This document shows, in pieces, positions 49,832 through 63,272 of a DNA stretch of 64,000 nucleotides. The first letter of the stretch is position 1; every line of letters starts with the position of its first letter. Under the pieces are notes generated by a model, which saw only the letters and a program-made list of their open reading frames with translations, ran no database searches and was not told the origin of the DNA. This stretch comes from Mobula hypostoma. Its lineage: Eukaryota. Made by a program: the position numbers and the translations under genes. The DNA is taken from assembly GCF_963921235.1 (NCBI RefSeq), contig NC_086108.1, positions 95,482,001-95,546,000 of the forward strand. Direction: 5' to 3'.

Positions 49832-50435
49832 CAGGGGTCCCCAACCTTTTTTGCATCGCGGACCGGTTTAATATTGACAATATTCTTGCAGACCGGCTGA
49901 CCGGGGGGGGGTTGGTGGAGGGGGGTGTTCAAATAGTGTTAAACTCACCTCAACATGTCTTTTACAGTTAGGGTTGCCAACTTTCTCACTCCCAAATAAG
50001 GGACAAAAGTACCAGTTAAATCCCGGGACACTTTACCCCAGGAGAGACTACCATGACCATGAAGCCTTGCGCGGGCACCTGTGTGCGCATGCGTGACGTG
50101 CCCATGTGATGTGCGCGTGCGCGTACGTGCTGATTTTTTTCTTCCCCACAAATCGGTTTTGCCTTCATCTTCCCGACTATACTGTACATACATGATTTCT
50201 ACTTTATATAGGCTGTGTATTTATCATATCATTCCTGCTTTTACTATATGTTAGTGTTATTTATTTTTGGTTTTGTGTTATTTGGTATGATTTGGTAGGT
50301 TATTTTTTGGGTCTGGGAACGCTCAAAAGTTTTTCCCATATAAATTAATGCTAACTGTTTCTTCGCTTCACGCCATTTTGGCACGAAAGGTTTCATAGGA
50401 ATGCTCTACCTTAGCGGGGGAAATACAGGACAAGG
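49832..50435 (+). mobile_element. One-ended hAT-like element next to a Rex1-like fragment (49620-49830)
   Basis: Starts CAGGGGTCCCCAACCTTTTT; internal TAGGGTTGCCAAC hAT-like end; no right TIR seen. Confidence 0.55.
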
Positions 50436-51017
50436 AGAACTGGCCCATCCTTTGCTTCTGGTCCCGACACCATGACCTTTTCAATCTGGCCCGGCGATTA
50501 AATCGTCCAAGCATCAGGTCATTCCTCGCTCTCAGGCACAGGCCCTGTCACTTTGATATGCTCAGGGACTTGGAGCCCACTGCCACGGTTTGGCCTAATG
50601 CTTAGAATGGATCAGACCTTGGGTTTTCCTCACTCTTGGGGACAGACTCTATCTTGACCAAAAAGTGTTACTAATAAAGTACTTAGTTGCTTCCTTTGCC
50701 GCCGATAAGTAGCCACTGGGCTTCAGCAATGCCACGTTATTATATTTCACACAATTTCAGTAAATAACTCAATAAAAGATTCTGCAGCAAGATAAAGTCT
50801 GTGTCACAATCAGTGCATCAGCCCTGCACATAATTCAGCCATTTAACTTCTGTCATCAGACTTGGATTTTATTTTGATTTAATATCATTTACTAAATCAA
50901 ATACACCTGCCCCAGTAAAAAGTACCTACTACAGTCTGGGCCATTAAACACTGGTAATACCTCATTAAGTGTAATTTATTTGCTCGATTATAAATTCACC
51001 GACGACATGACATGCAT

Positions 51018-53560
51018 TGCCAGCTCGTTCCACACTCTCATGACCCTCTGAGTGGAGAAGTTTCCCCTCATGTTCCCCTTAAACCATTTCCTCTTAACCC
51101 ATGATCTCTAGTTGTAGTGCCACCCAACCTCAGTGGAAAAAGCCTACTTGCATTTACCCCGTCTATACCCCTCAGAATATTGTATACCTCTACCAAATCT
51201 CCCCTCAATCTTCTATATTCCAAGGAATGAAGTCCTAACCTATTCAATCTTTCTTTATAACTCAGGTCCTCCAGTCATGGCAACATCCTCGTAAATCTTC
51301 TCCATACTCTTTCAACATTACTGACATTTTCCTGTAGGTAGGTGACCAAATCTGCACACAATACTTCAAATTAGGCCTCACCAACATCTTACTTAACTTC
51401 ATTCTCCTCTACTTAGCACTTTAATTTATGAAGACCAATGTTTCAAAAGCATTCTTTACACTCTATCTACCTGTGACATCACTTTCAAGGAATTATGGAT
51501 CTGTATTCCAAGATCCCCCTGTTTTATTGCACTCCTCAGTACCCTGCCACTCACCGTGCAAGTCCTACTCTGGTTTGTCCTCCCAAAGTGGAACACCTCA
51601 TAGTTGTCTGCATTAAATGCCATCTGCCATTTTTCAGCCCATTTTTTTCAGCTGGTCCAGATCCTACTGCAAGCCTCAGTAGTCTTACTCGCTGCCCACT
51701 ACACTCCCAACTTTGGTGTCATCTGCAAATTTGCTGATCCAGTTAACCACATTATCATCCAGAACACTGGTACAGATGACAAACAATAATGGACCCAGCT
51801 TCGATCCCTTTGGCACTCCACTAGTCACAGGCCTCCAGTCAGAGAGGCAACCATCTACTACCACTCTCTGGCTTCTCCCACAAAGCCTTATCCTGAATGC
51901 CAAGTGAGTGAACCTTCTTGACCAACCTCCCATGCAGGACCTTGTGAAAGGCCTTGCAAAAGCCCTTGAAAACAATATTCATTGCCTTGTCTTCATCAAC
52001 TTCCCAGGTAACTTCCTTGAAAAACTTGGTTAGACACCACCTACCATGCACAAAGTCATGCTGACCGTCTCTAATCATTCCTGTCTGTCCAAATACTCAC
52101 ATATCAGATTCCTTAGAATACCTCCCAATAACTTTCCCACAACTGATGTTAGGTTCACCAGCCTATAATTTCCTGTTTTATTTTCAGAGCATTTTTTAAT
52201 CAGCAAAAAAACATTAGCTATCCTCTAATCCTCTGATTCCTTATCTGTTGTTAAAGATGATTTAATTATCTCTGCTAGGGCCCCTGCAATTTCTGCACTT
52301 GCCTCCCACAGGGTCCAAGGAAACACCTTGTCAAGCCCTGAGGATCTATCCACGCTAATTTCCTCAAGACAGCTAACACCTACTCCTCTGTAATCTGTAT
52401 AGGGTCTATGAAGTTGCTGCTACTTTACTTCTATGGAGCCTGTGTCTGTCTCCTGAGTAAATACTAACACAAAAAAAATCATTTAAGCTCTCCCCCACCT
52501 ATCTTGGCTCCACTCATGGATTACTATTTTGATCTTCCAGAGTACCAATGCTCTTAACATATCTGTAGAATTCTTCAGGATTCTCCTTCACCTTATCTGC
52601 TACGGCAACCTCATGCCTTCATTTCATTCTCCTGATTTCTTTCTTAAGTGTTCTCTTTCATGTCTTATACTCCATAAGCAACTCATTTGTTCCTGCCTGC
52701 CTATACCTGCTATGTACCTCCTTATTTTCTTAACCAGAGCCTCAATATCTCTTGAAAACGAAAATTCCCTGTATCTGTTATCTTTACCTTTTATTTGGAC
52801 AGGCATATACAAGCTTTGTCCTTGCAAGACTTCACTTTTCAAGACCGCCCACTTACCATCTACACCATTGCCAGAAAATAGCCTGTCCCAATTTACACTT
52901 ACCTCATCTTTCTGATACCATCAAAATTGGCCGTTCTTCAACTTAAAACATCAACCCCCAGACCAGACCTATCTTTTTCTCATATTTACTTTGAAACTCA
53001 TGGCATTACGATCACTAGACGTTAAGTATTCCCCTACACAAACTTCTGTCACCTGCCTGTCGCGTTCCCTAATAGCAAATCAGTATTGTACACTCTCTTG
53101 TTGGGACTTCCACTTATTAAGGAAACTCTCCTGAACACATTTGACAAACTCTATATATCCAATGATTCGGGCTCATTGGCCATATGTAGCAATGACTTTC
53201 ACAAATTCACCACTCCTTGGCTAAATAACTTCCTCCTCATCTCTGTTCTAAATGGGATTCTTCCACAATTGTAAACATCCTTTCCAGGTCTACACTATTT
53301 AGGCCTTTCAGTATTTGGAGAGTTTCAATGAGATCCTCCCTCATTCTTCTAAACTCCTGTGAGTACAGGCCCAGAACATTAAACGTTCCTCATATGTTAA
53401 ACTTGCCATTCCCAGGATCATTGTTGTAAAGGTCCTCTGGAACTTCTCCAATGCCAGTATATCCTTTCTTAGATAAGGGGCCCAAAACTGCTTACATTAA
53501 ACCAGGGGCAGTCTGACCAATACCCTGTAAGCCACAGCATTGGATTTTTGCTCTTGTATT
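51018..53560 (-). mobile_element. Old CR1 ORF2 remnants
   Basis: ORFs 51685..51975 (WRPVTSGVPKGS..FADDTKVG) and 51839..52078; many stops and frameshifts. Confidence 0.85.
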
Positions 53561-53910
53561 TTAGAACCACGTAAGCAATAGAAACAATTCCTAAATCCAA
53601 TAAGAGGTTTCCTAAACTGCATCCCTCCTGTAGGTGATAACAGCTGGGATGTTATGTGGACTAGCCATTGTTCTGTTTTAGGAGTGTTGATATCAAGAAT
53701 TGTATCCTTAGCCATTTTAGTCTTTGCATTGTCAACATGAAAACTGCAACACATTGCTCAGAGCTGAGCATTAATAATAGGTTGTAAAATGTTACAAATT
53801 TATCCCTTCAGTTTCTTTCCCCCCCCCCGGAGGATTCATTCAAGATTTATCTTTTGAATCCTTCAATGGGCCAAAACAACCTTTCGCAGCTCACCATAGT
53901 TAATTAGTTA

Positions 53911-54759
53911 CAGGCAGTCCCCGGGTTATGAACGTCTGACTTACGGACAACTCGTACTTATGAACGGACTGCCATAAGGCCTATTATATTAAAAATCTGA
54001 GTTAAGTACAATGGTTCATAATAACGAACGCACACACTACTTTGTGACTGTCATGAAAACATTGCGCGGCTTCAGCGGTTCGTTAGCTCGAGGAAGGAGA
54101 ACGCCGTCCGCCATTTTAAGTCGGATCACGTTGCCGTTAACACTGCGTTGAGTGTGTAACTTTGTACTTGGCTTAAATTTTTCTCTTATTTACACTTGTA
54201 ACCATGCCTCCAAAGCGTAAATCCGATACAAGTGCTGGTGATGCATCAAAGAAAAGGAAAACGATCACGATTGAAAATAAAGTGGAAATAATAAAGCGAT
54301 CGGAAAGAGATGAAACGCCATTGGTCATTGGAAAAGCGTTAAGCTACAGTCAGTCAACGATGGGAACAATTTTAAAAGATAAAGTGATGATAGCATTTGA
54401 GGAAGAAGACTGGGACCCAAAAACTCCAGAACCAAAAAAGTTTTTGACAAAAGAGTTAGCTGAAGCCTTTTGTCTCATTGAAGCAGGGATGGCAAAGTTA
54501 GAGGAGCAAGATCCTAATACAGAGAGGTTCACCAAAGTTTACCGTACAGTTAACAAGGGCCTCAGCTGCTACAAGGCCATTTATGACGAGAAAAAGAAAA
54601 GTTCTGCATAGAAAGGTAAAATATATACTATATACTAAGACAAACATTTGACTAACTGACTCTAAATAAGAACCGTATGTACCTGTTCCAACTTACCTAC
54701 AAATTTGAATTAAAGACAGACTTAGGAATGGATCTCGTTCGTAACCTGGGGACTGCCTG
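53911..54759 (+). mobile_element. Internally deleted Tigger/pogo DNA transposon
   Basis: TIRs CAGGCAGTCCCCGGGTTATGAAC and GTTCGTAACCTGGGGACTGCCTG; TA TSD. Confidence 0.93.
54204..54611 (+). CDS. 135-aa truncated Tigger transposase: CENP-B-N/psq HTH fused in frame to the C-terminal tail, no DDE domain
   Basis: ACCATGC start; KKRKTITIENKVEIIKRSE..IGKALSYSQSTMGTILKDK joined to ELAEAFCLIEAG..DPNTERFTKV..CYKAIYDEKKK. Confidence 0.6.
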   Translation: MPPKRKSDTSAGDASKKRKTITIENKVEIIKRSERDETPLVIGKALSYSQSTMGTILKDKVMIAFEEEDWDPKTPEPKKFLTKELAEAFCLIEAGMAKLEEQDPNTERFTKVYRTVNKGLSCYKAIYDEKKKSSA

Positions 54760-55217
54760 TACTTCTTTTGTGATCTATCCTATTTGTTAACCTTTCAACC
54801 ATCTAACAGGAGCTTTCATTGCTTTTACTAATCCACAACATTTATCCCTGCTCTCTTGGGAGTTATGCTCCTTTAGGGATAGAAGTATTTTTTTATTTCT
54901 CAAATATATTTTTACAAGGCAAGTTAATCTCTGCAGGCAACAGAAAGGTCAGGAGATGGAGGAAGCTGAACCTGGTATCTCAGATGAATTATGTGGATGC
55001 TGGGTCATGCAAACAGCTGTCAATGGAAACTCAATGTATAGTTCTGGAGGGTGGAATACAGCAGAAACATATCAAATTGCAGAGGAGTCAGGGGAGTTAA
55101 AATTATTTCTCTTATCAGTTAACAACAGGAATTCTGCAGATGCTGGAAATTCAAGCAACATACATCAAAGTTGCTGGTGAACGCAGCAGGCCAGGCAGCA
55201 TCTATAGGAAGAGGCGC

Positions 55218-55253
55218 AGTCGACGTTTCAGGCCGAGACCCTTCGTCAGGACT
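55218..55253 (-). ncRNA. Minimal type I hammerhead ribozyme in the Penelope terminal repeat
   Basis: AGUC-CUGACGA-A-GGGUCUCGGCCU-GAAAC-GUC-GACU, same sense as the ORF. Confidence 0.8.
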
Positions 55254-55548
55254 AACTGAAGGAAGAGTGAGTAAGGGATTTGAAAGTTGGACGGGGAGGG
55301 GGTGATACAAAATGATAGGAGAAGACAGGAGGGGGAGAGATGGAGCCGAGAGCTGGACAGGTGATAGGCAGAAGGGGATACGAGAGGATCATGGGACAGG
55401 AGGTCCGGGAAGAAAGACGGGGGGGGGGGGTGACCCAGAGGATGGGCAAGAGGTATATTCAGAGGGACAGAGGGAGAAAAAGGAGAGTGAGAGAAAGAAT
55501 GTGTGCATTAAAAAGAGTAACAGATGGGGTACGAGGGGGAGGTGGGGC

Positions 55549-56686
55549 CTAGCAGAAGTTAGAGAAGTCAATGTTCATGCCATCAGGTTGGAGGCTACCC
55601 AGACGGAATATAAGGTGTTGTTCCTCCAACCTGAGTGTGGCTTCATCTTTACAGTAGAGGAGGCCGTGGATAGACATGTCAGAATGGGAATGGGATGTGG
55701 AATTAAAATGTGTGGCCACTGGGAGATCCTGCTTTCTCTGGCGGACAGAGCGTAGATGTTCAGCAAAGTGGTCTCCCAGTCTGCGTCGGGTCTCACCAAT
55801 ATATAAAAGGCCACATCGGGAGCACCGGACGCAGTATATCACCCCAGTCGACTCACAGGTGAAGTGATGCCTCACCTGGAAGGACTGTTTGGGGCCCTGA
55901 ATGGTGGTAAGGGAGGAAGTGTAAGGGCATGTGTAGCACTTGTTCCGCTTACACGGATAAGTGCCAGCAGGGAGATCAGTGGGGAGGGATGGGGGGGGAC
56001 GAATGGACAAGGGAGTTGTGTAGGGAGCGATCCCTGCGGAATGCAGAGAGAGGCGGGGAGGGAAAGATATGCTTAGTGGTGGGATCCCGTTGGAGGTGGC
56101 GGAAGTTACGGAGAATAATATGTTGGACCCGGAGGCTGGTGGGGTGGTAGGTGAGGACCAGGGGAACCCTATTCCTAGTGGGGTGGTGGGAGGATGGAGT
56201 GAGAGCAGATGTACGTGAAATGGGGGAGATGCGTTTAAGAGCAGAGTTGATAGTGGAGGAAGGGAAGCCCCTTTCTTTAAAAAATGAAGACATCTCCCTC
56301 GTCCTAGAATGAAAAGCTTCATCCTGAGAGCAGATGCGGCGGAGACGGAGGAATTGCGAGAAGGGGTGGCGTTTTTGCAAGAGACAGGGTGAGAAGAGGC
56401 ATAGTCCAGATAGTTGTGAGAGTCAGTAGGCTTATAGTAGACATCAGTGGATAAGCTGTCTCCAGAGACAGAGACAGAAAGATCTAGAAAGAGGAGGGAG
56501 GTGTCAGAAATGGACCAGGTAAACTTAAGGGCAGGGTGAAAGTTGGAGGCAAAGTTAATAAAGTCAACGAGTTCTGCATGCGTGCAGGAAGCAGCGCCAA
56601 TGCAGTCGTCGATGTAGCGAAGGAAAAGTGGGGGACAGATACCAGAATAGGCACGGAACATAGATTGTTCCACAAACCCAACAAAA
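55549..56686 (-). pseudogene. Penelope RT-GIY-YIG ORF fragment with two compensating frameshifts
   Basis: RYIDD, FLDL, YKPTD; CKRNKCYTC; VIYCVRCSRCGLLYIGET; true middle part lies in ORF 55976..56380 (FSQFLRLRRICS). Confidence 0.9.
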
Positions 56687-57242
56687 TCTCTTATCAGTTA
56701 CCTTGGAATTAGATCTTGAAAAATGTTGCTGGAGTTTAAAAAAGAATAAGTACTTGATTGAAACATGCAAGACCCTGATAGGTTTTGACAGGGTGAATAT
56801 ATGGTGCATGTGGGAGAACCTAGAAGCAGGGATATCTGTTTAAAAGATCAGGGTCTGTCTGCCCATTTAACAGAGACAAAATTATTTTTATTTCTCCTCA
56901 GTGGTGCTAAGTTCTTGCAACCCTTCCTCAAAGTGGAAATATGGTCTTTGAATAGTTTTAAAACACAAGTAGATGAATACCTGATTTTAAAAAAAGCGGT
57001 AAAAATTACCACAGGTAAACGGAAATGCATAGTTAAGGTTATAATCAAATAATAAACCAAGATTATTCCACAGGCTTACAAGGGCCAAGCTATGAAAACA
57101 TGCTTATGAATAAAGTTGTGTAAATGCACAAACTGTAATGAATAAGGTCGGTGAGCCACCAACACAAATAGTTAGCAATGTGGGAAAACATTGTGACTAC
57201 GACTGAAACAATGCTCAGCCAAAAGACCAAGACTGAGTACAT

Positions 57243-57627
57243 AAACACAAGAGATCCTGCAGATGCTGGAAATCCAGAGTAAACACGCACAAAGTGCTGG
57301 AGGAGCAGCCCCTCCTCCTCCTCCCCTTTATCACATGGTCCATTCACCTCTCCTATCAGATTCCTTCTTTTTCAGCCCTTTTCCAACTATCGCCTCACAG
57401 CTTCTCATTTTAACTCCCCCCCACCTTCCCCAATCACATATCTTTCCCCTCACCTGGCTTCACCTATCACCTTCCAACCTGTACTCCTCCGCCTTCCGTC
57501 TTATTCTGACTTCTTCCCCCTCCCTTTCCAGTCCGATGACGAGTCCCACCCTGAAATGTAAACTCTTTATTTCTTTCTATAGATGTTGCCTGACATGCTG
57601 AGTTCCTCCAGCATTTTGTGTGTGTTT
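57243..57627. mobile_element. Penelope terminus with inverted partial copy
   Basis: CTGCAGATGCTGGAAATCC..GCTGGAGGAG, then pyrimidine UTR and GCTGAGTTCCTCCAGCATTTTGTGTG. Confidence 0.7.
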
Positions 57628-57799
57628 ACTAAGATCTAACATTCCTGGAAACAAGGTGTTTGAAAACATAGGGAAGAAAAAAAAATGGGTGGCAGCAGTG
57701 ATTAAGAAATATATCAGTTAATTCTGGAGAGAGGAGGGCAAGGCCAGAATTCATTGGCTAGAGTTAAGTAACACAGAGGAACCATATCACAAACATTCT

Positions 57800-58450
57800 A
57801 CACAATCGGGAAAGCCCCCAACCCCTCTATTTTTCTGAGGAGGCTGAAGAGAGCTGAGCAATGCACACCATATTCACATCATTCTACAAATATGCAGTAG
57901 AGAGCATCTAACAAGCTGCATCACTGCATGGTATGGAAACTACACTGAGGCAGACAGGAAGGCTCTACAACAGCTGGTCAAAATTTGCAATACTTCACCA
58001 GTATTTGCCTACCTGCTATCAAGGACATAAATACGAAAAGGCGCTGGAAATGGGCCCTAATGATCCTATCCACCCTGCTTGTCCCACTTCCAACAGGAAG
58101 CAACAGAGCACCCACACCAGGACCACCAGACTCAACAACAGTTTGTTTGCCAAAGCAGAAAGACTGATCAATACCTTCACCCACTAACCCACCTCTGCAC
58201 ACCCCCCCTCCACCAATACTTTATCATTTCTTGTTAATTACCATATGTACAGACACTCCTGCGCCTAGATTCCCTTTATGGACATACAATCAATCTATGC
58301 ATATAAGCTATATATTTATATTTATTGTGTTTTTTGATTATTATTGTGTTCTTTATCTTGTATTTTTTTTATGCTGCATCGGATCAGGGATATATTTTGT
58401 TCTCCTTTACATTTGTGTGAAGGAATTGACATTAACAATCTTGAATCTAT
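57800..58450 (+). mobile_element. Rex1/Babar-like LINE 3' fragment
   Basis: HTRTTRLNNSLFAKAERLIN; 3' UTR similar to 4200-4445. Confidence 0.72.
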
Positions 58451-59101
58451 AGTTCACCAAATAGCGAGAGCTGCATATATGCAGGAACATTATACAGACG
58501 CTCAGCAAATGCAGTGTATCGATCCTGGGATGTCAGCTGCCAGTAGAAAGATAGGGATAATTTTAGAAGGCAAAGAGGTTGTGGATTTCTTGATATGTGT
58601 TCAGTACTTCTTCCATCAGTATGCTTTCAGCTCAACAAGGAAGTAGGCATTGCAGATCCAATTTTGTGGGAAAAGATGGGTGAAGTGAGGCAATTCTAAT
58701 GGCACAGTGATCATAAGATTTAGACTAGAAATGCAGAAATGCAAGAAGCAATCCTAAATGGCAGAGAGTTAATTTCAATAGAATGGGGTGGGGGGGGGGT
58801 GATGTCTGGCCAGAAGCGTAGCTGAACATTTTTAGATCAATGAGGAGGTCTGGCTCTCTGTGCATTCAGCACCATTGTGATACACATTTATGTTTCCATG
58901 CTTATGTTGCTTTTGCAGAGCCATCAAGTGGTGAACATGATGGAATGCAGGAACATCAAACTAATCAAAAAAACTGCAGATAATGTAACCTAAAAACCGC
59001 TTAAGAATTCAGAGAGTCAAGTATCGACTGTGGAGGCAAAAGGAATGACATACACTTCAGATTGAGACGCTGCATCAGTGCTGAGAACTTACAGGAAAAA
59101 G

Positions 59102-59413
59102 AGTCCAGAACGAGGGGTCACAGTTTGAGGATAGAGGGGAAGCCTTTTAGGACCGAGGTTAGGAAAAACTTCTTCACACAGAGAGTGGTGAATCTGTGGA
59201 ATTCTCTGCCACAGCAAACTGTTGAGGCCAGTTCATTAGCTATGTTTAAAAGGAAGTTAGATATGGCCCTTGTGGCTACAGGGGTCAGGGGGTATGGAGG
59301 GAAGGCTGGGTTCTGAGTTGGATGATCAGCCATGATCATAATAAATGGCGGTGCAGGCTCGAAGGGCCGAATGGCCTACTCCTGCACCTATTTTCTATGT
59401 TTCTATGTTTCTA
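59102..59413 (+). mobile_element. Very young short CR1 3' end (same subfamily as 20335 and 31851)
   Basis: Near-identical to 21453-21770; (TTTCTATG)n tail. Confidence 0.95.
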
Positions 59414-59449
59414 TATCGAAGTGGTGGGGGGCGGTGATGACACAGAATC

Positions 59450-60290
59450 TGGTTGGTGATAGGTAGAAGCAAATCAGATGAGGTGGGAGTGCAGGTGGAT
59501 AGGGAAGATAGACCGCTGGAGCCACGAAGGGGAAGAGACAGTAAAGGTGAATCAAGGGAGAATAAACTCAGATAGATAGATAGATATGTGGTGATGGACA
59601 GACATAACCAAGTGATGGAATCAGAGTCAGAGGCAGAATCAGATTTATTACCAGTATCTCATATAATGTCAATTTTTTTTGTTTTACAGCAGCAAGAAAG
59701 TGCAAAGATACAAAAAAAATTCTAAATTACAACATAAATAAATACTTCAAAAATAATGAGTATTCATGGATTAATGGTCTATTCAGAAATCTATTGACAC
59801 AGACGAAGAAGCTGTTCCAGAACTCTTGAATATGGGTCTTCAGGATCCTGTATCACCTCTGAAGGTCATAACAGGAAGAGGGCATGTCTTATATGGGAAC
59901 AAGGGCAGGTTGGGGGGGGGGTTGAGAAAAGTGTGGAAAATGTGAATGGAGAGATTGCCTGGGTGGACGAGTGAAAGTGGGATAGACACACAGGAAGAGT
60001 GGGTTACCTGGAATCTGAAATTTCAATGTTCATACCATTGAGGTGTAAGCTACACTAAAGGAATACGATATGCTATTCTTCTAGTTTGGATTTGGCTCCA
60101 CCACGGCAATGGAGAAGGATGAGGAGATAGGTCAGTGTGTCCCTGCACCTACTCCCTCACCATATTCCAGTGACATAAACTGCACTTCCAGGTGAGGCAG
60201 AAATTCGCATGCGCCTCCTCCACCCTATCTATTATATTCTGCAACCTTTTTGCAGAACACTTGTGCTCTATCTACAACAGCTATCTTGAC
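59450..60290. mobile_element. Old Penelope remnants (minus strand, then plus from ~60140) with a Rex1-like tail inserted at ~59625-59895
   Basis: Degenerate similarity to the GIY-YIG region 55550-55940. Confidence 0.5.
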
Positions 60291-62879
60291 CTACAGGTTA
60301 AATTAACAAGAGTCCTGATGTACTTTGGAGGAATGGTTACAAATAACAGGACATAAATTAGAAACTTAAAGAGGGGGTATTTGGGGTGGGAGATATTGCA
60401 AGGCAAATATTTCAGAAGGTGATACAAGTGAATACAAACTTACACACCTGAATCCCAGGCTACCAGTGCTGAGGCAACATTGTCTCTACCTCTCCACTCA
60501 AACTGGATTCAAATATTTTCTCCACATAAAACATTAGTTTTAAGCTTTTAATAGCTGTAATAATTTAGATTCTTACCAACAGATTTGTGGACTCAAATCT
60601 CTTCACAATCAAGTTCCTTCACTCCCTTAACATTATATACTTAGCTCATGTTATAGAGCCGTTAATCTAATGAAGATCAGATTCAGTTTTGCTCTCGTTC
60701 GAAGCTTCCACCTGTCATTGCTGCAGAGCCACTCCATCAGCAATATGAGATATTTCCCTTGGATTCTGTCAAATCTTTGAGAGAAAAGGGCTGTTTCAGA
60801 TTCACCCCATGCCTGTAGTGAGTGTATACAACTTAGATATTTCAGACTATATATAGAATAAGTTACCTTAAGTAATTTTGGCAGTTGCCAAATTTATGGC
60901 ATGTGCCATTAGCTTTAAAAGCTGGGTAAATATGAGAGATAATTTGCTATACAACAAGAAAACTGTTTGTTTTTAGGAATAATTGCTTGGGTACATGCAT
61001 TTCACATTTTTAAAGAAAAGCCTTCAGACTAGAATCAATTTTTTGGGGTGTTTTCCGTCTCCTTTAATTACATAGCCTTCATCTTGTATCTTACACAGAA
61101 ATTAATGTTAAGCAAATAAACAAGCGCAACTGAAACCATCCTGGAATCTATTCTGGAGCTGTGCATGTCAGTTGAATATTGCCTCTTGTGTATATCTTTG
61201 AATAGCAGAGTTAACTGAAATGACTGATGGCTTTTGTCCTGTGATCCACATCATTTGAAGTATGTTCCAATGTATATCCCAAAGCTAGCACTTTACTCCC
61301 AGTACAGTACAACCACGCTCATGCTTTTAGGTGAAAATGTTGGAGGATTAAATCTAAGCTCTGTTGGCAAAATTGACCACAACTCAGTGCCAGTTCAGAT
61401 AAAAAATTAGCCAAGACATTTTTCGTGCAAAAGCTCTGAAAGCTTTCCATTAGCTTTCACCCAGGGTATATAATACACATCCAGCAGGAATCCTAGCAAT
61501 GTGAAAAAATAATGCATACATTTATACTAGCAAATATTGAAAGATGCATTTATCTGCATCATTTAATTTTGCAAATTGCTCTCTCAGGTTAAACACAACT
61601 GTAAATTTGGAAGGGATATTGAAATCCATACAATTGACAACACTAACTTGTGAATTACAAATTACAAATGTAATTTGATGAGTTTTAATCGGATAGTGCA
61701 AGTTCAGAACTAGCTGTTTGCAAGCACATGAAAATCAGTAAAAACCACAAAGTACTAAGAACAGTATCCATTACCCTCTTGAATGTTTTTGAATCTGTAA
61801 ATGTTATTCTGTAACTGGTCATGGCTGAAATCACAGCAGCGAACAAAACAAAAACTAGCATGACATTTTCGGTTTGCGGGTGCTTTATGAAATCTATTCA
61901 AGTGTGCAAAAACATTAAAGAGTCTAAATTTATAGAAAGTAAATTGCTGCTGTTCTGTTGCATTCTATGGCTACCACTGAATGCAGTGAATTTTGTGCCA
62001 GAAACGTTAAAAAATTCATAAGATCTGTTTCACAAATTAGCCGTTCACCCATACAAGTTAGGAATAAAAATGACAAAAGATTTGTTCTTACAGTCGATTA
62101 AAAATTTATATCAAAGCATTCCAGTAAAGTTACTTTCTGTGTTCTGATTTAATGACTCATTTGAGCAGTAGCTGGCTTTATAACACAGATGCAAGGCTTA
62201 CTGAAGCCTTCACTAACACTTGCTTGAATTTACTTCCCTGGGACAGGAAAGCTGAAATAATGTGTCAGACTGAAGTAATATCAAGGATAGGAAATGCAAT
62301 GCTGAGGATGCTGTGAAGATAGCCTGCAGCATATTTTGAGCTGCGAATGTCTACTGGGAACATCTCCACCCAAGAAGTTCCTCTGACCTGGCAGGCCAAA
62401 GAGAAGCATGGTACAGCCTGGAGTGAGATCTTTACAATTCCGTAATTCAAGTTGAAAATATTCCAACTGTTCGAAAGCTTCAAAACTGATAAAACTTATT
62501 ATTCTGGCACAGCATTAAACCACCAGTGATTTATTTAAAATGCAGGATTCATGTCAAAGGCTACATGTAGTACTTGGCCCATACACAGAATTTTGGTTGC
62601 AATTAGAAAGTAAATGATTTTGTTCTATAACTAAAGTGTTAACAGTGATCAAAGACTGCAATTATTTCTACCAATATAAAGACATTAGCAAAATATCACG
62701 AGAATGCCGGATAATGCTGTCCACGCTCTTTCAACATTAAAATGTGGATAAGAATGGAACTGCACATAAGTGCCAAGTGCTCAAGGATCTCGAATCAACT
62801 GGGTGTATGATTTATGGGTTACAAGTTAATTATTGCTATCATAAGAAATACTTATTATTATAATAAAGATATTTGCATA

Positions 62880-63210
62880 GGTCCATCATTAAGGATCCCC
62901 ACCACCCAGAACATATTTTGTTATCATCAGGAAGGAGGTACAGAAGCCTGAAGGCACACACCCAATGATTCAGGAAGAGCTTCTTCCCCTCTGCCACCTG
63001 ATTTCTAAATGGACATTGAATCCATGAACACTACCTCACTACTTTTGTAACTTTGCACTACCTATTTTAACTTAACTATTTATTAGACATATATATATTT
63101 AATGTAACTCATTTTTTCTCTATATTTATCATGTACTTCATTGTACTGCTGCCGCTAGGATAACAGATTTCATGACATATGTCAGTGATATTAAATCTGA
63201 TTCTGATTTT
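62880..63210 (+). mobile_element. Rex1/Babar-like LINE 3' end
   Basis: SIIKDPHHP..SGRRYRSLKAHTQ; (TCTGAT)n tail. Confidence 0.75.
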
Positions 63211-63272
63211 GTTCTCCCTTATAAATTGTATTATCTATAACCTGACCATACCTCACTGTTCCTCATAATTTC

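Larger units (their letters stand above)
55122..56686 (-). mobile_element. 5'-truncated Penelope-like element (Neptune-type) with 14-bp TSD
   Basis: TCTCTTATCAGTTA at 55108-55121 and 56687-56700; RT, Cys-rich linker and GIY-YIG endonuclease. Confidence 0.95.
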
